Of a stretch of DNA of 60,934 nt, positions 52,153 through 60,934 are shown in pieces; position 1 is the stretch's first letter; every line of letters begins with the position of its first letter. A model generated the notes under the pieces. It saw only the letters and a list, made by a program, of their open reading frames with translations, was not told the DNA's origin and ran no database searches. The DNA comes from Octopus bimaculoides (Eukaryota): the NCBI RefSeq assembly GCF_001194135.2, contig NC_068992.1, positions 808,726 through 869,659 of the forward strand. Reading direction: 5' to 3'. The position numbers and the translations under genes were made by a program.

Positions 52153-52238
52153 ACCACTCCTGAAGAAGTGCCAAATGTCAAAATCCAATGGACCAGTCAC
52201 TGGATAAGTTTGGCACAGAAATGTTAACATAGAGTGGT
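52153..52238 (+). ncRNA. Type I hammerhead ribozyme (PLE/retrozyme-type, palindromic stem III)
   Basis: Stem I ACCACTC(52153-59)/GAGTGGT(52232-38); core CTGAAGA(52160-66); stem II GTGCCAAA(52168-75)/TTTGGCAC(52209-16); GAAA(52218-21); stem III palindrome ATGTTAACAT(52221-30); predicted cleavage after AUA at 52231. Confidence 0.8.
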
Positions 52239-52418
52239 GAATAAATCGATATATCGAGTTTGAAGTCTATGTCTCTTTTGAATATGAAAATTTAAAAGTT
52301 AAAAACCTTATAATATAAATATAAACTGTGAGAACGACCCTTAAGGAATGTAGTTAATGATCCCCTAAGGTAAGTTCTTATGCTATATTGATAACGGTTG
52401 CTACATACTCTGGAAAAT

Positions 52419-52461
<43 letters not shown>

Positions 52462-52519
52462 TTCATCTACATTCATGCACATATATATACACATATATTA
52501 CACACATACACATATTTCG

Positions 52520-52790
52520 CATATTTTCAACGCGGACATTCCATTTGCCTTCAATCGTAGTCTTGGCTTCAGTGGGGAGGGAGCTTCCCCAAACAAATTC
52601 ACTATGTAGCATCTGCTTAGAGATCCTCTGATCATGTATCCGGATTAGGTGCTTGTGTACCATTGCCTCAGTGCCCAGGACGTCGGCTCACCTCAACATT
52701 GATTCCTGTGTAAGGGGACCACTAGGACCAGCTGACATTTAGAATGTATCTCAGGCAACTCTGCTGTAAGCGTGTAAGCACTCTTAAATG
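52520..52790 (-). mobile_element. Decayed RTE LINE 3' remnant
   Basis: HLIRIHDQRISKQMLHSEFVWG, and KPRLRLK in an adjacent frame, resemble GHVxRMxDxRIPKQLLYGEL...RPRLRFKD. Confidence 0.5.
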
Positions 52791-53137
52791 ATGCTCATTA
52801 AGGGCCCATGTCATTCAAAGCATGAGAAATATGGGAAACTAATTACGACATCAATGCTTGTCATCGCCATCAATCTGGAAGACCAGTAAAGGAGGGAGTG
52901 GGTGTTTTCGAAACAAACAAATAAACGTATTTTTTCTGCAGAAGTTTGTTCATCTCCTCGGAAATGGAGTATAGTTAATGCAGGTTGGAAATTAGCTTGG
53001 TCTGCATTAACTCTGGAAGTGTATGTTTATTAAGGATTGTGTTTTTAGTTACCAGTGGAACCACAAGATAAAGTATAAATTTGTTTTGAATGTAAAGTTC
53101 TCAATGACTTGTGATAGCAGCCACCATCTATGTATGT

Positions 53138-53400
53138 GTCATTATTCATTTTTATTTCGAGATTCCTTGCCAATGGAGAAAGAGGACGGTTCTAACTTAG
53201 ATCCAAGGCTCCTTCATTGGAATTTCAACATCAACAGGGAATTTCTGTATATATGTATGTATGCATGTCTTCTCATGCATATATTTGCATACCTAGACAT
53301 GCTCATATATTCTTAAATGATAAACTTATAGAAAGTTTTACAGATTTTTGCAGTTCCAGTGATGGCTTGGATCTGTAGTCTTCAAACCAGCTTTCTCCTT
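53138..53400 (+). repeat. Unclassified dispersed repeat, copy 2 (longer)
   Basis: 53138-53312 is homologous to 13078-13260. Confidence 0.8.
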
Positions 53401-53422
53401 TGTATGTTTGTATTTATGTATG

Positions 53423-53456
<34 letters not shown>

Positions 53457-53482
53457 TGTATGTATGTATGTATGTATGTATG

Positions 53483-53900
53483 TTTCTTCTATTTTTTTAA
53501 TCATTATAAATCTTCCACTGAGGAGGGAACTGCTTTCCAACAAAGATACAAGGCTCCATCTTTGGGATGTAGTTAATACATTCGAAACTTGAATAAAATC
53601 TTGCATATTTTTACTGTTCCACTCACAGATTGCACGTGTAATATACGAATCAGCCGGTGGAGTTCTCTTTCTGAAAATCCTAGTTTATCCAGATTCTCCT
53701 TTAAGTGTTTACTAACAACACCTAGTGTTCCAATTATTATTGATATGAACATGAATTCATAGTTTAGTTATAGAAGCTGGAGGTTTCGAAGCAGTTGTTC
53801 ATAGACATTTTCTTTATCTTTGATTTCCAAAGAGATATTTATATCTGCAGGGCAGCTAACCTCTATGATGGTACATATCTTTGCCACAATGACATAGGCT
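53483..53900 (-). mobile_element. RLE-type LINE 3' end, same family as 30998-31830
   Basis: CTIIEVSCPADINISLEIKDKENVYEQLLRNLQLL. Shares CAATCT-TGAGTGGAACAGTAAAAATATGCAAGA and the 3' UTR with 31660-31830. Abuts (ACAT)n. Confidence 0.85.
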
Positions 53901-53929
53901 GCGTGGGACGGATGGCTAATCAGGGCTAG

Positions 53930-54175
53930 TTTTAGAGTCCTTTTACTACCTCCATTCTCAAGGATGGTCCTGTGTGGGGTATTCAAAGAAGTTCATAGAC
54001 CAATGGACACTGACCCATCAGGGTTCACGGTCAGTATTAAGAACAGACCAGTGGTGGTGATGAATGTGGCAGGCACCCAAGTATTTCTTTAGGTTGTCCC
54101 TGTACCTCTTTTTTGATGCTCCTATATCACGATAAACAGAGGAGTGTTCGCCATGCCACATGACCTTGTGACGTT
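53930..54175 (-). mobile_element. RTE LINE 3' remnant
   Basis: VMWHGEHSSVYRDIGASKKRYRDNLKKYLGACHIHHHHW resembles YGELxxGxRxxGxPKKRYKDxLKKxL. Confidence 0.6.
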
Positions 54176-55444
54176 GATGTCCCACACGCGCCCAAAAGCG
54201 CGCGCGCCCAAACATGCATATCTAATTTGGTAGACAAACAGGCTGATAGATAGATAGGCAAACTGATATAACGATACTCCATCAGTACCACGAAAATATA
54301 TAAAAATACGCGCACAAATATCCACATTGAAAACATCCACCTTACACTGCGTAAGGGCTAATAATGACACATACACAGACACTTACATGGACACACACAC
54401 GCACGCGCACACACACTACACACACCACACATACACGCACGCGCGCTTTTGCAGCAGTAATAGGGACGACCTGGCATAGATGTTACATACTAAATGCTGA
54501 AAGCAAAGTTTGATAATTTCACAATAAACGGAATTAAGGAGAATATAAAAGACTTCTAGATATTATAACCACAGACAATCAAGTTTTCAAATAAACAAAA
54601 TCTTCTGAAAATTTCGAAGATAATCAATTATTCAATAGTTACCATTAAAATATAATTAGGAGTTTTTGAAATCCAACATGAAATTATACGTAGAAGCAAC
54701 TGCGGCAACAACTACTTTGTATAAAAATACCAATAATTATAATAGATCGTGGGGTAGATTTGATAGATCAACTTTAAATTGAGGGGCAATTAATGTCAAA
54801 GATGAGACAAAACAATTGGATTTTTGGATCGAATTCAGAGATACCAGTACATAAGTTGGCTAATGAACAACGGAATGTGAAGGTTAATTATTTATCACAA
54901 TAAATATTAATAACTTATTATGTAATGGGGTAAAATATATAACTAATCGCCAAAAGTCTAACGCTTTTGCCGGAAAGAATGACATTATATAATTCGGACA
55001 AAAATCTAAAGTTTAGTCTTTATAAAAATAATAATGTTGATGACATCAAAAGTAAATTTTAAAAAGTGCATTTCTTCCCTGTGAATCTGTGTTGAATTTT
55101 CCTCATTGTACTGAGCGAAAATAGGGACATTAAATCGATCATATAACAGAAATGGAAAAAAAAATGACAATGAAGCTATATATACAAAAAGCGATAAAGG
55201 TAGTGTTACAGTTCTATGTTTAAGAGATGAAGAATTATTTACATTATGTACATTATTTACATTATGTACATTATTTACATTTGACGTAAATAATGTAAAG
55301 GCAGTGTTGTAATAATCTTAGACAATAATTATTATTGAGGACTTGTTAAAATGCTAGAAAACAATAATTACTACGAAAAAGAACAACTATAGAAAAACAA
55401 TAAACAATGAAAATTTATATTTATTGAACAGGCGCCGTAAATAT

Positions 55445-56060
55445 TTGACTACCTTAGTATATGAGTGTAGCAAGAGTTCTATGGCCTCCCGAACAGTTTC
55501 AATGGCCTGTTCAACGTATTCAATCATATGACTATAATTGACGCTTATAATAATTCAAAAGCCAAACTATCGAAGTACCATCTCCAGATGATTTGAAATT
55601 AAAACCTATTTTAGCAGTCCCTACATCTGAAACCCATAGGCTAAATATTTTGGACAGCTTATGGAACACTAAGTAAAGGTAAATACAGAGTTTACTGGAA
55701 ATAGTCTTGATAAAGTGAAGCGTTTAAGTAAATCATTAAGCTCTCGTACAATTCTTACTTTCTTTGATGTTAATGTTGCTGTAATGCCACTGACGATGAT
55801 CGAATCGATGCGATAAGATATTGGAAAGATACATGCCATTTTCAGCTCTCATAATCGTTTACTGCTGGCAGAATTAGATTTATATTACGAAAATTATTCA
55901 ACATTCGATGACTTAACTTGCTGATAATATCAAGGAATGCAATGCACATTCCCGCTGGTGCCAACTTGCTAACGGCATACCATGAGAGGAAACTTTGTGA
56001 TGGACTTTTACAAATGATTGGAAACACATTTTATATACATTTAAAAAACATGTGAAAAAG
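55445..56060 (+). mobile_element. Heavily decayed Penelope-like RT fragment
   Basis: In correct order across frames: FYGLP, DDLKLKPILAVPTSETHRL, TILTFFDV, DAIRYW, ENYSTFDD, AMHIPAGANLLTAYHERKL. Confidence 0.55.
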
Positions 56061-57334
56061 ATATATGGTGTTTCGCTTTATCAAGGCTAATCCCGACAAA
56101 GTTACGGAGCTTAAAAATCAGATTAGCTACATAGACTAAATTATTTAAGGCGTAACAGAATTTAACTTGAAGAAACTGCCTCTTTTTTTTTTTTAACATA
56201 TTTCAATAATGAAGACAAGATGGATTATTTTGACGTGAATGACGTTCATTGGTTAAACGAGGAATTTGAAATCTGCTACATACAAAAAAAGGGCACCTGA
56301 TTTTGTGATGCTACCGACAAAGCATTTCTTACTTATAACACATTGTCGAGTGTGAAGAGTAGTTGTTATGTTAGTGTGTAGTCTTTATAGTTTCAGTTGT
56401 AGTAATGGAGAAGAATTGGCTGCGAAAGCTATTTTAGACCTGTTTACTGATTCATGTTATCTTAAATACAATTTTCATTTGACGCACAGCAGTGAGTTTG
56501 AAATTAGTATCTACCGCAAGCAATTAGCGAGTTTTTGCCTTTCGTAATCTTTTGCACAAACGGATCTTTTGAAGCTATAGGTAGAATATTTTGCGTCAGA
56601 TCAAGTAGTAGAAAACCAATACACCCAGCAAAAGTATCAGTGTAGTAGTTGAACAATATTTCCTAGATATATAGGTCTACGTATTTGCTTTGTTACTTGT
56701 TTCCCTTTAATAAAAAGACACACTAAATCAAAGGAACATTCAGAGATAAAATGTTTGTACAGAACTGTTTCTGTTTGGTAGCGATAGTCCACAGAAAATG
56801 AAACTGAACAAGAATTTATAGAAAAAAAATGATTGAAAGATGGAAAACTCCGACTACGTTGAGTAATATATTTGTCTTTGATAAATAAAGGAAATTATAC
56901 TTTATCGCAGAGATTCACATAAAGCAAACAGCATGTTTCTTCTTTAGACAGCTAAATTTGTTTGCTAAGGAAGTAATGTTATAAGCAACAATAACAGCAC
57001 ACAAACTAATTCTCTCGGATATCAGCTCTTCTATATACACTTCATTCTTTAGGTCCAATGCTATTTATTTATGGCGGAATGAATGGAAATCTATGATGTT
57101 TACGGCATTTTCAAGAATATCTGCTATGAAAGTGAACATAATTCTAAATGGAAACCAAATGGATGCTACTTTAAAAGCCGGCTCTGCTTATACGTGGCTT
57201 TAGTAGGGCATACACCAAGTTACTGTGATATAATTAAAAGTTAATTGTAAGATAATAATAAGACAGTTAATTGAGTTCATCAATATAAATGTATAAAAAA
57301 AAATAAAGTCTCACCTGGTGAAACACTATCAATC

Positions 57335-58480
57335 AAGAAAAACTAGGGACAGACACCCATCTAAAAGAACGCACTAGTATACCAATAAGAAACTTGATGA
57401 AAATGTTGAACTTCTGTGTAGAAACAACCTACTTCAGTATGGACACTGATATATATCGACAAGTGGAGGGTTTAGCTATTGATTCGCCTTTATCACCGAT
57501 AATAGCCAATATACTATTATCTTTGGAATACTTTGAGAATTTAGCTTTAGGATCAAAAATCAACCCAATAGTTGCAATATGTTGATGACACCTTCATACT
57601 CTGGCCCCACCAGCAAGATGTCCAAGTGCTGTTAGATCATGTGAATTCAATAAAGCCATCCAGACAGTTCACAATGGAAAAAGAAAAGTACAATCAGCTA
57701 GCATCCCTGGACGTATTAATAACACGCATCAAGTATGGATTCAGGACATCTGTATACCGCAAGCCGACATTCATTGGACGGAACCTCAACTTCAGCTCCC
57801 ACCATCCATACAGTGTAAAGAGAGGAATTGCTCAGTGCCTAAAACACCGAGCAAAGAATATAAGCAGCGATCATGATACACACAACGAAGAAATAAACAA
57901 GCTCAGTAACAATCTATTAAGCAACAATTACCCGCAAAGCATACTCTCCATTCCAATTATGAAGAAAAGAGAGAGGATGAAACCGATATACTGTCCACAG
58001 TCTGTCTAACCTATTTGAATGGCCTCTCCGAAAAGATACAAAAGATATGCGGCCCATATAACATCAGGACAGTATTCAAGAGTAATACAACACTTCGCAA
58101 ATATCTCCTTCGAGTAAAACCACCAATAGAAGACAATATGACCAAAGACTGCGTGTACTCCATCCCATGCAGCTGTGGTAGGTTATACAAAGGCAAAACA
58201 TGCCATCCCCTCAAAATAAGGGTAGACGAACATCACAAAGCTGTGACACGAGGAGATATTGATAAATCGAGTATAGCTGATCATGTATTGAAAAATGGAG
58301 ACCACTTTCTCCAGTGAGATGAAGTTAAAATAATAGACAGAGAACACCACTGGAAAATACAAAAACTAAAAGAAGCAGCATATATGCTAGGACACAACAA
58401 TGACCTCCTAAGCAGACCGAGTGCAGATATGAACTGCATATGGGAACCGGTATTAAAGAAGGATAGGAAAATATTAGATT
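57335..58480 (+). mobile_element. Penelope-like element (Penelope/Poseidon type), 5'-truncated RT plus GIY-YIG, frameshifted
   Basis: YRQVEGLAIDSPLSPIIANI, YVDDTF, LDVLI, TSVYRKPT...LNFSSHHP and NNYP, then the GIY-YIG region CVYSIPCSCGRLYKGKT...RVDEH...SSIADH...KLKEA. Confidence 0.92.
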
Positions 58481-59881
58481 TACAAGCTCTAAAATTCACT
58501 CAGATTTATTTACTACATTCTAATACATTAATATTAGTTACTTTACTATGAACTATGAAAAGCAAACTTTGAAATTAGTGGGTTTTCAGACTGGAGTAAG
58601 GAGATATATATATAAAAAAAAATTATCTAGTACGTTGTCGAAGAAATTGACTAAACCATAAACCCATATATGTATCTAAACCAACCAACACTGGATCTTA
58701 AGCGTTGATAAACATAAAGGCACTCACATGTGTGTTTTATTCTGTTGAAGTAATATTGTAAGTAACAGACTAATATTGTGTCGCTTTATGCCAAGATCGT
58801 TTTTACTTCCGTTCAAAATCAATAAGTAAAGGAAGAAAAATATTTCCTCCGGTCAATATAAACGCTTAAAGCATTTGAAAGTACCCCTGTACCTTTTGGG
58901 CATTGAAATAACTGAAATCGCTGAACATAAACTACGCACACTAATACATTTATGTACATATGTATTTTTTCTTCGTAAAAGGTCACTGCACAAATCTCAA
59001 TTTCATATTTTTTATTATAAATTTATGTAAAGCTATTTTGTTGTACTTCACATTTATATCCGCTATTGATTTGTTAAATGTGGATTAATATCACAATTAT
59101 TGAACATCAGAAATTTAATGCAATAAAAATAAAACAACATCTACTGAAATACGAAAATGAGGCAGATAAAATGTGATGAAATGTAGAAAGAGATCATCAG
59201 TTGTAATAAAAGATCTGTGAGAAAACTAATTTACAGAAATTGTAATTACAAGACGAATATAGTTATCCCTTCATACGTGAGATGGAAAAGTTTAGCTCAA
59301 CAAAATACAACAAAATTATTGAACGTAACTAATGATTTTTTTAAATGAGGATTGTTGCTGGCAATTATAAACTACACAAAGATATAAAGGAACAGATTTT
59401 TGTGCTAAAAAGAATCTTAGAGGAATAAATATTTCCAATATTTGTAGATGACAGATATAAGTAAACTAAAGGTACTAAATGGAAACCGTTTCCAAGATTG
59501 ACTCCATCAAGCAAAGTTTAGCGTTGGGTTGCATGTACATATGGTAGATTTTCAGAAATGAGCGGGAGGGAATGTCCGTTCTCAAGAATGAAAGCGTAAA
59601 TACAAATATTTCAAACATATTGCAAAAAAAAAAATAAAAATAAAAAAATAAAATAAAGAAACGAAAACAAATTTTCGATCATGAGAGATAAATTGCGACA
59701 CAAGACGAAACCCGGTACAGAATACAGAGAGTTCCATTGAAGATGTTTGTTGAAATTATGAGTAGAAACTTTTGTTATACTAGAAGCATTATCCGTTACA
59801 TTTTTATCATAAACAAATCCAAATATTATTGCTTCAAGTATTTATTTGCTATATATATATATATATATATATATACATGAA

Positions 59882-59917
<36 letters not shown>

Positions 59918-60341
59918 CATACATACATACTTATATATATATATGCATGTAGTATTTCACGAAGAGATATACATCTGTGTATGTAATTTTGTGGACATAA
60001 TTCATACGTCCAGTAATACCTGAGAGAGATGTAGGTACTTAGTATGCAAATAAAACATATAAAGATAGAAAATATTGCTTGTTCCCAAGCATTTGTGAAG
60101 AGATATTATATCTATTTTCCTGAGGAAGACAACGCAATTAATAGTTTACTATATGTGTGATCGATATGCCCTCCCAGCATAACTAAATTATATTCTGTAT
60201 ATATCATCGTCTCTTTACACATTGACACGTATACACACATAGAGTCTCCTATATTCTGTTTTGTCACTCAGACACAAAACACAAGCGTACATGTGAATAT
60301 ATATATGTATAAATATATGCATACATATATGTTTACGTTTA

Positions 60342-60396
<55 letters not shown>

Positions 60397-60934
60397 CTCT
60401 ATGTCTATGAATATACGTTTATTCGTGTGTATGTATGTGTCTCTGTGTGTGCATATATACACACTTGTATACTCACTTCTCCCATTTATTTTCTATGTAC
60501 TATAGGCATTTACTAATTACTTTTAAGAATATTTTAAATATTCATGTCCTGTTAATTATTACGTAAGTTCTAAAGTTTTTGCATACTAACATCACGTTTA
60601 GAAATTATTATTCAGGTTAAAATCTTTTAATCCGCTTAATTTTGTTATTGGAAAATTATAAAATAAGATGTTGAAATTGCTGACCTTGATTTCAAAGTCA
60701 CCTGAGTTGCAAAAGGGAGGGTTCGACCATTTTAGACCGAATCAGTTTCATTAACGAAGCATGTCTCCTCCTCGTTACCACACCTATAAGCGAATAATAT
60801 TTGCATGGAAACAGAAGGAAATTGTGTGGAGACTGATAGTATATAAAGCACATCGGGAATGCTATAGAAAGTACCTTTATAAAAAGAACTTGTCTGAATT
60901 ATCATACAAAAGTAAATATGCACGTATGAATATA

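Noticed and set aside
53518-53570. CTGAGGA plus a short stem (and CTAATGA on the minus strand near 31785) as hammerheads
   Set aside because: No GAAA after stem II and no stems I/III. Both lie antisense in the 3' UTR of the RLE LINE family.

Overview
This is eukaryotic, AT-rich and essentially non-coding DNA from a draft short-read assembly. There are 11 N-gaps (960-1142, 13278-13611, 16529-16905, 26789-27363, 29402-29596, 32565-33047, 38357-38730, 42214-42336, 46917-47107, 49474-50036, 51085-52065), and most abut (TA)n. The SINE families and very dense (TA)n/(CA)n/(TATC)n microsatellites look like a cephalopod (Octopus-like) genome; this is recognition from memory, not a database result. No intact, nameable host gene, tRNA/rRNA gene or CRISPR array is supported, and most ORFs in the track are microsatellite or N artefacts. 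What is supported: three tRNA-derived SINE families; decayed RTE LINEs; two lineages of restriction-like-endonuclease (R4/Dong-type) LINEs, one associated with (TAA)n and one with (TACA)n; a Tigger/pogo transposase relic; and two to three Penelope-like (PLE) fragments. The most interesting signals are: (1) a near-canonical type I hammerhead ribozyme with a palindromic stem III at 52153-52238, plus two damaged relatives; (2) a GC-rich island at 36520-37377 where a PLE-like linker/Cys motif is joined to a frameshifted Pro/Thr/Ala-rich tail; (3) a perfect RFX X-box in a CpG-richer, promoter-like patch at about 3430. I found no evidence for a wholly new multi-gene system. All family assignments come from manual translation and motif recall and need HMM/BLAST confirmation.
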